The notes under the pieces were generated by a model. The model was not told the DNA's origin. It ran no database searches and was given only the letters and a program-made list of their open reading frames with translations. Positions 31,891 to 42,959 of a DNA stretch of 64,000 nucleotides are shown here, piece after piece (within the stretch, counting starts at the first letter, position 1; each line of letters starts with the position of its first letter). The stretch is taken from positions 66,039 through 130,038 of the forward strand of contig CAYSFB010000003.1 of NCBI GenBank assembly GCA_964430735.1, given 5' to 3'. The position numbers and the translations under genes were made by a program. Origin of the DNA: an uncultured Planctomycetia bacterium. GTDB lineage: Bacteria; Omnitrophota; Gorgyraeia; 2-02-FULL-51-18; JAGOUK01.

Positions 31891-32916
31891 ATGAGCCCGG
31901 ACGCGCTCGGGATCGACGGCCTGATCGGCGCGCTCAAAGACAGACGCGACTGGACCGCGGACGAGATGCGCTTCTTCATGACCGAGCTCATGGCCGGGCG
32001 CCTCGAGACGCCGCGCGTGGTCGAAGCGCTCGAGCTGCTCCGCGCGAAGGGCGAATCGGCTCTCGAGATCACCGAGGCCGCGCGGACGATGCGCGGGGCG
32101 GGGGTCCGGGTCGAGACGGGTCTCGAGGGGGTACTGGACACCTGCGGAACCGGCGGCGACGGCAGTTGCACGGTCAACGTATCGAGTCTGGTCGCGCTCA
32201 TCGCGGCCGCGGCCGGAGTGGCGGTGGCCAAACACGGCAACCGCGCCGTTTCGGGCGTATGCGGCAGCGCGGACTTTTTGTCGGCGATCGGCGTGCCGCT
32301 CGAGGTGACGCCGGAAAAATTGGTCGAGGGCCTCAAAGCCACCGGGTTCGCGTTTTTTTACGCGCCGCAATTTCATCCGTCGATCCGGCATGCGGCGCCG
32401 GCCCGCAAGGCCATTACGGGACGGACGCTGTTCAACTGCCTGGGGCCGATCACGAATCCGGCCGGCGCCAAGCACCAGCTGATCGGCGTGTACGAAGCGC
32501 GGCTGGTGCCGCTGGTGGCCGAAGCGCTCGGGCGGCTCGGTTCCAAGCACGCGATCGTCGTGCACGGCGAGGACGGGCTGGACGAAGTGAGTCCGGTCAC
32601 GGCGACCCGGGTCGCCGAGTGGGCCGACGGTCAGATGAGAACCTATGTTTTTATGCCGGAAGAGGCCGGGATCACGCGCGCGGCGGCCGGGTCGCTCCGG
32701 TCGGATAACGCGGCCGCGGCCGTGAGCGAAGGTCTGGCGATCATCGCCGGCGCTCCCGGGCCCAAAACGGATTTGGTGACGCTGAACGCGGGCTTTGCGC
32801 TCAAGGCCGCCGACAAGGTAGGGACCGTCGCTGAAGGCGTGCAGCTGGCCCAACGGCTCCTGGCCGACGGCAGCGTGGCGAAAAAAGTGGAGCAGATCAG
32901 GGCTTTTTACCGATGA
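31891..32916 (+). CDS. trpD: anthranilate phosphoribosyltransferase
   Basis: LDTCGTGGDG motif. Confidence 0.9.
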   Translation: MSPDALGIDGLIGALKDRRDWTADEMRFFMTELMAGRLETPRVVEALELLRAKGESALEITEAARTMRGAGVRVETGLEGVLDTCGTGGDGSCTVNVSSLVALIAAAAGVAVAKHGNRAVSGVCGSADFLSAIGVPLEVTPEKLVEGLKATGFAFFYAPQFHPSIRHAAPARKAITGRTLFNCLGPITNPAGAKHQLIGVYEARLVPLVAEALGRLGSKHAIVVHGEDGLDEVSPVTATRVAEWADGQMRTYVFMPEEAGITRAAAGSLRSDNAAAAVSEGLAIIAGAPGPKTDLVTLNAGFALKAADKVGTVAEGVQLAQRLLADGSVAKKVEQIRAFYR

Positions 32917-33701
32917 ACATTCTCGACCAAATCCTGGAATCCAAGCGCGCGGAAGTCGCTGCGGCCAAAAAAGCCGTGAGCGCGGCCGATTGCGAGAAGC
33001 TGGCCAGGGGCCGGACCGACGGCCCCCGCGGATTCAAGCGCGCGCTCCTGGCGGCGCCGGTGAAGCCGGCCGTGATCGCCGAATTCAAGCGGAAGTCGCC
33101 GTCCAAGGGTTTTTTGCGGCAGGGGGCGGATGCGGGCGAAGTGACCCGCGGTTACGAAAAAGCCGGCGCCAGCTGCCTATCGGTCCTGACCGATGGCCCG
33201 TTCTTCGCCGGGTCGCTCGACGACCTGAAGGCCGTGCGCGCGGCGGTGAAGATTCCGCTTTTGAGAAAAGACTTCGTGGTCGACCCGTACCAGATCGTGC
33301 AGAGCTATGCGGCCGGAGCCGACGCGGTGCTGCTCATTGCCGAAGCGCTCGACGCGAAGCTTATGAAAGACCTGTACGACGCGGCCCGCGCCTGGGGCCT
33401 GGACGTGCTTGCGGAACTGCACGGCGAAGCCGAATTCGCCAAGATCAAGGGAATGGATGACGCGATGATCGGCATCAACAACCGGGATCTCAAGACGTTC
33501 GACGTGTCGCTCGAAACGACGAAGCGCCTGGCACAGCTGGCTCCCAAGGACAGCGTGATCGTGTCCGAAAGCGGCATCAAGTCGCGACGCGACTTCGAGA
33601 CCGTCCGCAACTATGGCGCTGATGCGGTGCTGGTGGGCGAGGGGCTCATGACACAGGCCGATCCGGGCGATGCCTTAAGAGGACTTCTCACAGCATGTTG
33701 A
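32913..33701 (+). CDS. trpC: indole-3-glycerol phosphate synthase
   Basis: ATGA overlap with trpD. IAEFKRKSPSKG motif. Confidence 0.9.
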   Translation: MNILDQILESKRAEVAAAKKAVSAADCEKLARGRTDGPRGFKRALLAAPVKPAVIAEFKRKSPSKGFLRQGADAGEVTRGYEKAGASCLSVLTDGPFFAGSLDDLKAVRAAVKIPLLRKDFVVDPYQIVQSYAAGADAVLLIAEALDAKLMKDLYDAARAWGLDVLAELHGEAEFAKIKGMDDAMIGINNRDLKTFDVSLETTKRLAQLAPKDSVIVSESGIKSRRDFETVRNYGADAVLVGEGLMTQADPGDALRGLLTAC

Positions 33702-34330
33702 AAAAGAACAGGCCGGTCCGGGTCAAGATCTGCGGGATCACGCGTCTCCAGGACGCCGAAGCGGCCGTCGCTTTGGGCGCCGATGCGCTCGGGTTTATTT
33801 TTGCCAAGTCGCCGCGCCGGATCGCGCCCCGGGACGCGCGCAAGATCAGCGCGGCCGTCAGCCCGCTGGTGACCCGCGTCGGCGTCTTCGTGAACGAGCC
33901 GGTCAAGCAGGTGATCGCAATCATGCGCGAAGCGATGCTCGACGTCGCTCAGCTGCACGGCAGCGAAACGCCGGCCGAGTGCGCGGCGCTTTCGGCTTCG
34001 GGCGTGCGCGGGGTCATCAAGGTTTTTCGCGTGGGCGAACACTTTTCGCCCAAAGAATTGAAGCGCTATGCCGTACAGGCGCACCTGCTCGAGACCGACG
34101 CCAAAGTCGCCGGCGGCTCGGGCCTCGTCTGGGACTGGTCGCGCCTGGCGCGCACCCGTTTTTCAACCCCCATTATCGTGACCGGAGGACTGAATCCCTC
34201 CAACGTTCAAAAAGCGATTCGCGCCCTGAAGCCTTACGCCGTCGATGTTTCGAGCGGCGTCGAAAAAAGGCCGGGGATCAAAGATCACAAGCTTATGGAG
34301 AAATTTATCCGCCATGCCAAAACCGCTTAA
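33695..34330 (+). CDS. trpF: phosphoribosylanthranilate isomerase
   Basis: [27 protein letters not shown]. Confidence 0.85.
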   Translation: MLKKNRPVRVKICGITRLQDAEAAVALGADALGFIFAKSPRRIAPRDARKISAAVSPLVTRVGVFVNEPVKQVIAIMREAMLDVAQLHGSETPAECAALSASGVRGVIKVFRVGEHFSPKELKRYAVQAHLLETDAKVAGGSGLVWDWSRLARTRFSTPIIVTGGLNPSNVQKAIRALKPYAVDVSSGVEKRPGIKDHKLMEKFIRHAKTA

Positions 34331-35501
34331 GACCAAGACCAAAGGCCGCAAAGGGTATTTCCTCGAATTCGGCGGCCAGTACGTTCCCGAGATCCTGAAG
34401 AGCGCGCTCGACGAACTCGAAGCCGCGTACGGCAAGGCCAAAAAAGACCGTAAATTCCAGGACGAGGTCAAAACGATCCTCCATGAGTATGCGGGACGCC
34501 CGACGCTCATGACGCCTTCACGTTCGCTGTCCAAGCTGACAGGCGCGAAGGTGCTGCTCAAGCGCGAGGATCTGTTGCACACCGGAGCGCACAAGATCAA
34601 CAACACGATCGGCCAGGTCCTGCTCGCCAAGCACATGGGCAAGCGCCGTATCATCGCCGAGACCGGGGCCGGACAACACGGCGTCGCGACGGCGACGGCC
34701 TGCGCGCTTTTTGGCATGCCCTGCGTCGTTTACATGGGAAAAAAAGACACCGAGCGCCAGCGCCTCAACGTGTTCCGGATGAAGCTCATGGGCGCGCAGG
34801 TCGTGCCGGTGACCTCCGGTTCGCAGACGCTCAAGGACGCGATCAACGAGGCGATCCGGGACTGGATCCAGAACGTGCGCGACACCCATTATGTGATCGG
34901 TTCCGTCGTCGGCCCGTATCCGTATCCGGAAATGGTCCGCGACTTCCAGTCCGTGATCGGCGAAGAAACGCTCAAGCAGACGCGCGGCAAGCTCGACGTC
35001 GCGCTGGCCTGCGTGGGCGGCGGTTCGAACGCGATGGGGATGTTTTATCCGCTGGCGTACAAGTCCAAGGCCAAGCTCATCGGCATCGAAGCCGCGGGCG
35101 AGGGCGTGAACACGCACCATCACTCGGCGACGCTGACCAAGGGAACCGTGGGCATCCTGCACGGATTCAAGAGCTATCTGCTGCAGGACGCGGACGGGCA
35201 GGTCCAGGAGGCGCATTCGATTTCTGCCGGTCTGGATTATCCCGGCGTGGGGCCTGAGCATGCGATGTTCAAGAAAACGGGCCGCGTGAACTACGTCGCG
35301 GTCACGGACAAGGACGCGCTCGAAGGCTTCCAGTTCCTGAGCCGCCAGGAAGGAATCATCCCGGCGCTCGAAACTTCGCACGTGATCGGCTACCTGCTCA
35401 AGAATCCCCGGTCGATCCCGAAAGGCGGCACGGCGGTGGTCTGTCTTTCCGGACGCGGCGACAAGGATGTCGAGCACGCGGCGCAACACATCAAGCTCTA
35501 A
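34314..35501 (+). CDS. trpB: tryptophan synthase beta chain
   Basis: ATG 34314 (MPKPLKTK...) overlaps the trpF 3' end by 17 nt. PLP Lys in [15 protein letters not shown] motif. Confidence 0.9.
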   Translation: MPKPLKTKTKGRKGYFLEFGGQYVPEILKSALDELEAAYGKAKKDRKFQDEVKTILHEYAGRPTLMTPSRSLSKLTGAKVLLKREDLLHTGAHKINNTIGQVLLAKHMGKRRIIAETGAGQHGVATATACALFGMPCVVYMGKKDTERQRLNVFRMKLMGAQVVPVTSGSQTLKDAINEAIRDWIQNVRDTHYVIGSVVGPYPYPEMVRDFQSVIGEETLKQTRGKLDVALACVGGGSNAMGMFYPLAYKSKAKLIGIEAAGEGVNTHHHSATLTKGTVGILHGFKSYLLQDADGQVQEAHSISAGLDYPGVGPEHAMFKKTGRVNYVAVTDKDALEGFQFLSRQEGIIPALETSHVIGYLLKNPRSIPKGGTAVVCLSGRGDKDVEHAAQHIKL

Positions 35502-35525
35502 CCCCGAATCAGGCGGACACACATC

Positions 35526-36347
35526 ATGGAAAGCTGCTGCGGCACACTGAACCCGATCGACCGGCGGTTCGCGGAACTGGAGTCGAAAAAAGAAAAAGCG
35601 CTCATTCTCTTCGTCGAGGGCGGTGACCCGTCCATCGAGGTGACGCGCCAGACCCTGCGGTATTGCCAGGAAGCCGGCGTCGACATCGTCGAGCTGGGCA
35701 TTCCGTTCTCGGACCCTCTGGCGGACGGCCCGGTCATCCAGGCTGCATCGTTCCGGGCGATCGAACACGGCACCACGTTCGAAAAGCTCATGAAGATGCT
35801 CAAGGAAGAGCGCGCCAAAGGCCTTGAGCTCCCGGTCGTCGTGATGAGCTCGTACAACCCGCTGCACCGCGCCGGCCTCGAACACAGCGCGCGGCTCATG
35901 CACGACGCGCGGGTCGACGGCATCATTATCCCGGACCTGCCGCACGACGAGGACTCGTCGGTCCGCGCCGTCTACGCGCGTTTCGGCATCCTGCCGATCC
36001 TGATGACGACACCGACGACGGAGCCCCGCCGCCACAATGAAGTGCTCCGGCAGTCGCGCGGGTTCGTCTATTACGTTTCGCTCATCGGCCTCACCGGCGC
36101 CGTGAAGCGCACGGATTATCCCTTCAAGGCGCACGTCGTCGCGTCGAGCCGGAAGTCGGCCGCGCCGGTTTGTGTCGGCTTCGGCATCACGACCCCCGAC
36201 GACGCGTACCGCGTGTCGCGCTTCGCCGACGGCGTCATCATCGGTTCCGCGCTTGTGCGCCACCTGTCCGAGCATTCGGCCAAGTCCCTCTCGTCCGCGT
36301 CCAAAAAACTCATCGACGACCTCGTCCGGGCCGTCAAATCCAAATGA
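35526..36347 (+). CDS. trpA: tryptophan synthase alpha chain
   Basis: LILFVEGGDP...ELGIPFSDPLADGP. Confidence 0.9.
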   Translation: MESCCGTLNPIDRRFAELESKKEKALILFVEGGDPSIEVTRQTLRYCQEAGVDIVELGIPFSDPLADGPVIQAASFRAIEHGTTFEKLMKMLKEERAKGLELPVVVMSSYNPLHRAGLEHSARLMHDARVDGIIIPDLPHDEDSSVRAVYARFGILPILMTTPTTEPRRHNEVLRQSRGFVYYVSLIGLTGAVKRTDYPFKAHVVASSRKSAAPVCVGFGITTPDDAYRVSRFADGVIIGSALVRHLSEHSAKSLSSASKKLIDDLVRAVKSK

Positions 36348-37423
36348 AGAAGTCCGCTGCAGTCAAAAAAGTCGCGTTCATCATGGCCGGCGGCCTCGGC
36401 GAGCGCTTCTGGCCCGCGACGAGCCGCGCGCTGCCCAAGTACGCGATCCGCTTCAACGAAAAGACGACGTTTCTCAAGGACACCTTCGACCGTCTCGTGC
36501 CGCTTTACGGCCGCGACGCGGTTTTTGTGATCACGGCGGACGAGCATGTCCGTCTCGTCCGCAGTCTCTTGCCCGGGATCCCCAAAGCGAACGTGCTCGG
36601 GGAGCCCGAGCGCAAAAACACCGCGGCCGCGACGGCGTATTCGACGCTCTGGGCGTTTAAGAAGTTCGGCGAGAACACGGTGGTGAGCTTTTTTCCGGCG
36701 GACGCGCTCGTCGAGAAGCCCGAAGTCCTGCGGCAGAACGTCAGCCGCTGCGTGGAGCTGGCCCGCCGCGACGGCGTGATCAGCGTGATCGGTATCGAGC
36801 CGACGCGGCCGGCCACGGGTTACGGCTACATCGAATGCGGCGCGCGACTGGAGCCGCTCAAAGACAGCTTCGAAGGCGCCCGCTTTTGCGAAAAGCCCGA
36901 CCTCGCAACCGCGAACCAATTCCTCAAGTCCGGCCGCTACGTCTGGAACGCCGGGATCTACACCTGGAGTGTCCGGACCTTTGATTCGGCGATGCGCCGC
37001 CTGGCGGGTGAGTATTACCAGAAGTTTTTGTCCTTCGGCGCCGGGGTCTGGACGCCGGCGCGCGTGAAGGCGCTGTACGCGTCGTTGCCGTCGGTCTCGA
37101 TCGACAAGCTCCTCGCGGAAAAGGCCGACCATATCCAAGTCGTCCGCAGCCGGATGGGCTGGGACGACATCGGGACTTGGGAGGCTCTGCGCCGGATGAA
37201 GCCCGACGCGAAGGGGAATGTGTTCATTTCGCCGGTGCTCAACGCGGGTGCGGAAAATTGCGTCTTTTCGCTGGGCGACGGGACGCGCGTCGTGGCCGCG
37301 GGCGTCAAAGACCTCGTCGTTGTACGCAACGGGTCGGACATCCTGATTTGTTCGCGCGAAAAAGCCGAGGATGTCCGGGAACTCAAGCTGCTGTGGGCCA
37401 AGCACTTCAAGGCGGCCGTGTGA
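36344..37423 (+). CDS. manC: mannose-1-phosphate guanylyltransferase (GDP-mannose pyrophosphorylase, NTP-transferase domain only)
   Basis: ATGA overlap with trpA. FIMAGGLGERFWP nucleotidyltransferase motif. No C-terminal PMI/cupin domain. Confidence 0.7.
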   Translation: MKKSAAVKKVAFIMAGGLGERFWPATSRALPKYAIRFNEKTTFLKDTFDRLVPLYGRDAVFVITADEHVRLVRSLLPGIPKANVLGEPERKNTAAATAYSTLWAFKKFGENTVVSFFPADALVEKPEVLRQNVSRCVELARRDGVISVIGIEPTRPATGYGYIECGARLEPLKDSFEGARFCEKPDLATANQFLKSGRYVWNAGIYTWSVRTFDSAMRRLAGEYYQKFLSFGAGVWTPARVKALYASLPSVSIDKLLAEKADHIQVVRSRMGWDDIGTWEALRRMKPDAKGNVFISPVLNAGAENCVFSLGDGTRVVAAGVKDLVVVRNGSDILICSREKAEDVRELKLLWAKHFKAAV

Positions 37424-37425
37424 GC

Positions 37426-37887
37426 ATGAGCTTCAAGCGCACCCTGGGGATCGACCTCGGTGACAAGCGCATTGGCGTTGCCGTTTCGGACCCGCTGGGA
37501 ATTTCGGCACAGGGCCTCAAGACCATTCAGAACGAAGGTCCTCTGAGGACTTTTCCGCAAATCCTGGCCGTCATCAAGGAAAAATCGGTGGGCACGGTCG
37601 TGGTGGGCCTGCCGCTCATGATGAACGGCGATATGGGCGACCGGGCGCGCAAAGTGCTCGAATGGGTCGAAGAGCTTAAAAAACAGGCTCCCGACTGCGA
37701 GGTCGTGACGGCGGACGAACGGTTGACCTCCGTCGAGGCCAACCGCCTCATGATCCGCCAGGGTCTCTCGCGGAAGAAGCAAAAAGAGAACTCCGACGAG
37801 CTGTCCGCCATCCTGATTCTTCAAAATTACCTGGATTCGCGCCGGCCGGCGGCGCCCTACGATCCGGCGGAGTACCCAGAAGGGTAA
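37426..37887 (+). CDS. ruvX: Holliday junction resolvase-like RuvX/YqgF
   Basis: TLGIDLGDKRIGVAVSD...VGLPL. ATG 2 nt after the manC stop. Confidence 0.85.
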   Translation: MSFKRTLGIDLGDKRIGVAVSDPLGISAQGLKTIQNEGPLRTFPQILAVIKEKSVGTVVVGLPLMMNGDMGDRARKVLEWVEELKKQAPDCEVVTADERLTSVEANRLMIRQGLSRKKQKENSDELSAILILQNYLDSRRPAAPYDPAEYPEG

Positions 37888-37916
37888 AAAGTGTCTATAA
37901 TGGCACGCTCAACATC

Positions 37917-38579
37917 ATGACGCATCCCGCATCCCTTCCCATCAAGGTCAGCCCGTCGCTTTTGTCGGCCGATTTCGGCCGTCTGGCGCAGGAAGTCCGC
38001 GTCATCGAAGACGCCGGCTGCGACTACATCCATTGCGACGTGATGGACGGCCACTTCGTGCCGAACATCACGATCGGGCCGTTCGTGGTTCAGGCCATCG
38101 ACAGGGTGAGCCGGGTACCGCTCGACGTGCACCTCATGATCGACAGCCCCTGGAAATACGTTCCCGACTTCGCGAAGGCCGGTTCGGACATCATTACGGT
38201 CCACGCGGAAGCGTGCGGTCCGAAGTTGGAGGAGACACTCGACCAGATCCGCTCTCTCGGCAAACGCGCGGGCGTTTCGCTCAAGCCCGGCACGCCGCTC
38301 GACCCGATTAAGCCGTATCTGAACAAGATCGACATGGTGCTCGTCATGACGGTCGAGCCGGGCTTCGGAGGACAATCTTTTATGCCGGACATGATGGCCA
38401 AAGTTCAGGCCCTCCGGAGCATCTACAACAAGGACATCGAAGTGGACGGCGGCATCAACCCGCAAACCGGCGCGCTCGCGGTCCGGGCTGGAGCCAACGT
38501 GCTCGTGGCCGGAACGGCGGTTTTTCGCGCGCCGGACGTGCCCAAAGCCGTCCGCGACCTAAAGGAGCTCAAAGCATGA
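37917..38579 (+). CDS. rpe: ribulose-phosphate 3-epimerase
   Basis: SLLSADF...CDVMDGHFVPNIT...GINP. Confidence 0.9.
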   Translation: MTHPASLPIKVSPSLLSADFGRLAQEVRVIEDAGCDYIHCDVMDGHFVPNITIGPFVVQAIDRVSRVPLDVHLMIDSPWKYVPDFAKAGSDIITVHAEACGPKLEETLDQIRSLGKRAGVSLKPGTPLDPIKPYLNKIDMVLVMTVEPGFGGQSFMPDMMAKVQALRSIYNKDIEVDGGINPQTGALAVRAGANVLVAGTAVFRAPDVPKAVRDLKELKA

Positions 38580-40006
38580 CGAACCTCACTCCCATCAAAT
38601 TCGGCACCGACGGCTGGCGCGCCATCATGGGCAAGGAATACACGCCCGAAAATGTCGAGCGCATGGCCCAGGCGTTTTCCGATTTCACGAACGAGGCGCA
38701 TCGCGCCGCCGGCAAATCCGGCAAGCCCAAGGTCGTCGTCGGCTATGACTTCCGGAAGGATTCGGAAAACTTCGCCGCGTCGGTCGCGTCGATCCTGATC
38801 GCCAACGGCATCGAGACCGTCCTTTCGGACCGCGCCGTGCCGACCCCGGCCGTGAGCCGCTGGGTCATGGATCACCATTTTGACCTCGGCGTCGCCATCA
38901 CCGCGAGCCACAACCCCGGCGATTACAACGGCTTCAAGGTCAAGGATTCCAACGGCAGCTCCGCCGAACCGGCGATCACAAAGGGGATCGAGGCCAAACT
39001 CGACAAGTCTCCCGTCCGCCGCAGCTCGCCCGACGAAGTGAAGCGCTGCGAAAAGGACCTGATGACGCCTTACCTCGACGCGGTCAAAAACTACCTCGAC
39101 CTCAAGCTGTTCAAGAACAAGCCCTTCAACATCCTCGTCGATTCGATGCACGGCATGGGCGAGAAGCACGTCGAAAACATCCTCGCCGGCTCCGCGCTCA
39201 AAGTGACGACGCTGCGCTGGAACCGCGACACGACGTTCGGCGGCAACGCGCCGGAGCCGATCGCCAAGAACTTTCCGGAAGTCTGCAAACGGATGCAGTC
39301 GGGCCAGTATGACGCGGCCTTCATCACCGACGGCGACTCCGACCGCATCGGCGCGGCGCGCGTCGGCGGTGCGTTCATTTCGCCGGGAACGCTGCTTTCG
39401 CTCATCATGCTCCACCTGGCCGAGGACCTCGGCAAGAAGGGGGATGTCGTCACGACCGTTTCGAACACCGCGCTCATCTACCGCGTGGCCCGGGCGCTCG
39501 GACTCAAGGTCCACGAAACGCCGGTCGGCTTCAAATACATCGTCGACGTGATGCGCAAGCACGACGTCCTGATCGCGGGCGAAGAGTCCGGCGGCCTGGC
39601 CTTCAAGGGCTACATGCAGGAGCGCGACGGCGTGCTCTCGGCGCTGCTCATCATCCAGATGATGGAATTCCGCAAGCAGAGCCTCGAAGAAATTCTCGCC
39701 GACGTCGACAAGCGTTTCGGCAAATTTCTGTACGCGCGCCGCGACATGCAGTACCCCGACGCCGCGAAGGAAAAGTTCATGACACACATGAAAAACCTCA
39801 ACGTCGCCGACATCGACGGAATCCCGTGCACCGGCAAGAACCTGGCCGACGGCGTGAAGTTCCTGATGCACAAGGACGCATGGCTCCTGTTCCGCATGTC
39901 CGGCACCGAGCCGCTCCTGCGCGTGTACGCCGAGTCCCAGGCGCCCGGCGAGGCCGAAAAGCTCGTCGCGTGGGGCGAAAAAACCGCCACCCAGCTGGCT
40001 GCATGA
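38576..40006 (+). CDS. phosphomannomutase/phosphoglucomutase (alpha-D-phosphohexomutase family)
   Basis: FGTDGWRA and active-site [15 protein letters not shown]. In a cluster with manC. Confidence 0.75.
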   Translation: MTNLTPIKFGTDGWRAIMGKEYTPENVERMAQAFSDFTNEAHRAAGKSGKPKVVVGYDFRKDSENFAASVASILIANGIETVLSDRAVPTPAVSRWVMDHHFDLGVAITASHNPGDYNGFKVKDSNGSSAEPAITKGIEAKLDKSPVRRSSPDEVKRCEKDLMTPYLDAVKNYLDLKLFKNKPFNILVDSMHGMGEKHVENILAGSALKVTTLRWNRDTTFGGNAPEPIAKNFPEVCKRMQSGQYDAAFITDGDSDRIGAARVGGAFISPGTLLSLIMLHLAEDLGKKGDVVTTVSNTALIYRVARALGLKVHETPVGFKYIVDVMRKHDVLIAGEESGGLAFKGYMQERDGVLSALLIIQMMEFRKQSLEEILADVDKRFGKFLYARRDMQYPDAAKEKFMTHMKNLNVADIDGIPCTGKNLADGVKFLMHKDAWLLFRMSGTEPLLRVYAESQAPGEAEKLVAWGEKTATQLAA

Positions 40007-41805
40007 ACATCGACCGGATCCGCAACTTCTGCATCATCGCGCACATCGACCACGGCAAGTCGACGCTGGCCGACCGCATCCTGCAGATGACCGGCGCCAT
40101 CTCCCAGCGCGAATTCGAGAACCAGCTGCTCGACAGCATGGACCTCGAAAAGGAGCGCGGCATCACGATCAAGGCCAGCGCCGTGCGCGTGAAGTACAAG
40201 GCCAAGGACGGGAAGGACTACACGTTCAACCTGATCGACACGCCCGGGCATATCGACTTTTCGTTCGAAGTCTCCAAGAGCCTGCGCGCCGTCGAAGGCG
40301 CGCTCCTCGTCGTCGACGCGGCGCAGGGCGTCGAAGCCCAGACCGTCGCCAACCTTTTTCTCGCGCTCGAAAACAACATCAGCATCATTCCCGTCATCAA
40401 CAAGATCGACCTGCCCAACGCGGAGCCCGAGCGCGTCAAGGTCGAAGTCGCCGAAGTGCTGGGCGTCGAGCCCGACGAAGTCCTGGCGGTGAGCGCCAAG
40501 ATGAACATCGGCATCCAGGACATCCTCGAGCGCATCGTGACGTCAATCCCGGCCCCCAAAGGCGACGCGGACGCCCCGCTGCAAGCGCTCATCTTCGATT
40601 CCATGTACGACACGTACCGCGGCGTCATCGCATACGTCCGTGTTATGAACGGCAAGGTCGCCAAGGGCGCCAAGGTCAAGATGATGGCCAACAACTCCGT
40701 GCACGAAGTGCTCGAAGTGGGCGTCCTGACGCCCAAGGCCATCCCGTGCGACGAACTCGGGCCCGGCGAGGCCGGCTATGTCGTCTGCAACATCCGCGAA
40801 GCCAAGCTGGTTGAGCCCGGAGATACGCTCACCGAGGCCGAACGGCCCGCCGCCGAGCCGCTGCCCGGTTACCGCAAGATGAGTCCGATGGTGTACGCCG
40901 GCATCTTTCCGGTCAATCCCAAGGACTTGCCGGCCCTGCGCGACACGATCGCCAAGCTGAATCTCAACGACTCTTCCTTCGTCTACGAGAGCGAGAACTC
41001 CGCCTCTTTCGGCTTCGGGTTCCGCTGCGGCTTCCTGGGACTCCTTCATATGGAAATCGTCCAGGAGCGCCTCGAGCGCGAATACAATCTAGAGCTCGTC
41101 GTCACGTCGCCGTCCGTCGTCTACCAGGTCGTCACGCACACCGGCGAGGTGATGGACATCGACAACCCCGCCAAGATGCCGGAAGTCCAGAAGATCGCCG
41201 AGACCCGCGAGCCCTACGTCCACGCCCGCATCATCGTCCCCAAGGAGAACATGGGAACGCTGCTCGACCTGTGCGAAAAGCGCCGCGGCAAATACCTTTC
41301 GACGGAGTACATCGATTCCGGCCGCGTCCGCGTGATCTACGACTTTCCGCTCGCGGAGATCATCGTCGACTTCAACGACAAGATCAAATCGCTTTCCAAG
41401 GGCTACGGATCGATGGACTACGACGTGCAGGGATTCCGCGCCGAACCGCTGGTCAAGGTCGACATCCTCCTGAACGGCGACATCTGCGAAGCGCTCAGCA
41501 TGATCACGCACCGGACTCAGGCCGCCGACCGCGGCCGGCGCCTCACCGAAAAGCTCAAGGAAGTCATCCCGCGGCAGATGATCGACGTCGCTATTCAGGC
41601 CGCCATCGGCGGCAAGGTCATCGCGCGCTCGACCGTGTCGGCGATGAAGAAGGACGTGACGTCCAAGTGCTACGGCGGTGATATCACCCGCAAGCGCAAG
41701 CTGCTTGAGAAGCAAAAAGAGGGCAAGAAGCGCATGAAGCAGTTCGGTCATGTGTCGATCCCGCAGGAAGCCTTCATGGCCGTTCTTCAAAAGGAAGACA
41801 ACTAA
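40003..41805 (+). CDS. lepA: elongation factor 4 (LepA)
   Basis: ATG 40003 overlaps the upstream stop. [18 protein letters not shown] domain, and the LepA-specific C-terminal domain. Confidence 0.9.
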   Translation: MNIDRIRNFCIIAHIDHGKSTLADRILQMTGAISQREFENQLLDSMDLEKERGITIKASAVRVKYKAKDGKDYTFNLIDTPGHIDFSFEVSKSLRAVEGALLVVDAAQGVEAQTVANLFLALENNISIIPVINKIDLPNAEPERVKVEVAEVLGVEPDEVLAVSAKMNIGIQDILERIVTSIPAPKGDADAPLQALIFDSMYDTYRGVIAYVRVMNGKVAKGAKVKMMANNSVHEVLEVGVLTPKAIPCDELGPGEAGYVVCNIREAKLVEPGDTLTEAERPAAEPLPGYRKMSPMVYAGIFPVNPKDLPALRDTIAKLNLNDSSFVYESENSASFGFGFRCGFLGLLHMEIVQERLEREYNLELVVTSPSVVYQVVTHTGEVMDIDNPAKMPEVQKIAETREPYVHARIIVPKENMGTLLDLCEKRRGKYLSTEYIDSGRVRVIYDFPLAEIIVDFNDKIKSLSKGYGSMDYDVQGFRAEPLVKVDILLNGDICEALSMITHRTQAADRGRRLTEKLKEVIPRQMIDVAIQAAIGGKVIARSTVSAMKKDVTSKCYGGDITRKRKLLEKQKEGKKRMKQFGHVSIPQEAFMAVLQKEDN

Positions 41806-41806
41806 C

Positions 41807-42406
41807 ATGGCTTTTTCCTTCCCGTTCCGCGTCGACAAGAGCAAGGTGAAGAGCGAACTCCGGGAGTGGCTCGAAGCCATCGTGATCGCGCTCGTGATGG
41901 CGCTGGTCATCCGGGCCTTTGTCGTCCAGGCCTTCAAGATTCCCTCGCTGTCGATGTATCCGACGCTCAAGATCGGCGACCGTCTCTTCGTAAACAAGTT
42001 CATCTACCGCTTCGGCGACCCCGAACGCTGGGACGTCATCGTCTTCAAGTATCCGGAAGACCCGTCCAAGGACTTCATCAAGCGGCTCGTCGGCAAGGGC
42101 GGGGAAACGGTCGAAATCCGCGATGGCTCGATCTTCATCAACGGCGTCAAGCAGTCGCTGCCGGCGGAGATCGCCTCCAATGTGTATTACAATTCCGAGC
42201 CGTACGGCGCGATCAACCAGAAGGTTGTCGTGCCTCCGGACCACTTCTACGTCCTCGGCGACAACAGCATGAATTCGCGCGACAGCCGCGCGTGGGGATT
42301 TGTATCCAAGAAGCAGTTGGTCGGCAAGGCCTTCGTCCGTTGGTGGCCGCCTCAGCGCATCGGCCGAATCGACCGGCAATTCCCGAAAGACCGTGAATCT
42401 TCCTAA
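41807..42406 (+). CDS. lepB: signal peptidase I
   Basis: SLSMYPTL (Ser) and FIKRLVGKGG (Lys) boxes, GDNSMNSRDSR box E. lepA-lepB linkage. Confidence 0.85.
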   Translation: MAFSFPFRVDKSKVKSELREWLEAIVIALVMALVIRAFVVQAFKIPSLSMYPTLKIGDRLFVNKFIYRFGDPERWDVIVFKYPEDPSKDFIKRLVGKGGETVEIRDGSIFINGVKQSLPAEIASNVYYNSEPYGAINQKVVVPPDHFYVLGDNSMNSRDSRAWGFVSKKQLVGKAFVRWWPPQRIGRIDRQFPKDRESS

Positions 42407-42959
42407 CCGTCTGACCGTCCTGCGCGTGGTCCTCGTGCCCGTCTTTGTGACGGCGCTGGCCTACTGGACGCCGGAACGGGACTTCTGCCGGGTGCTGGCT
42501 CTGACGGTTTTTCTCGCCGCCTGCGTGACCGACGCTCTCGACGGCTGGATCGCCCGCCGCACCGGCCAAAAAACCCGCCTCGGATCCCTCATCGACCCGC
42601 TCGCGGACAAAATCCTCCTGACATCGGCCTATCTTGCCTTCGCGCTTCTTCCGGGCATTCCCAGTTCAGCGCATCTGCCGGTCTGGCTCACCGTCGTCGT
42701 CATTTCGCGAGACCTTTTGCTGGTGACGGGCGCGGCCATCATCTTCATGATGCAGAACCGCTTCGACGCGCACACGAACTTTTTGGGAAAAGTAACGACC
42801 GTTTTTCAGATGAGTCTGGTGATCGGGATTTTGGCAGGCGCGCCGGCAGAACTCCTGCAGGCGCTCATCTTTTGCGCGGCCGCCGCGACCGTTGTTTCGG
42901 GCGCGGTTTATCTAAAGGCGGGCGTTTCGCGCCTGGGCGGGGGATCCGACCATGCGTGA
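42393..42959 (+). CDS. second CDP-alcohol phosphatidyltransferase (PgsA paralog)
   Basis: GTG 42393 (VNLPNRLTVLRV...) is homologous to the MNLPNFLTLLRV start of the first pgsA. DALDGWIARR...DPLADK motif. Overlaps the lepB 3' end by 14 nt. Confidence 0.7.
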   Translation: MNLPNRLTVLRVVLVPVFVTALAYWTPERDFCRVLALTVFLAACVTDALDGWIARRTGQKTRLGSLIDPLADKILLTSAYLAFALLPGIPSSAHLPVWLTVVVISRDLLLVTGAAIIFMMQNRFDAHTNFLGKVTTVFQMSLVIGILAGAPAELLQALIFCAAAATVVSGAVYLKAGVSRLGGGSDHA

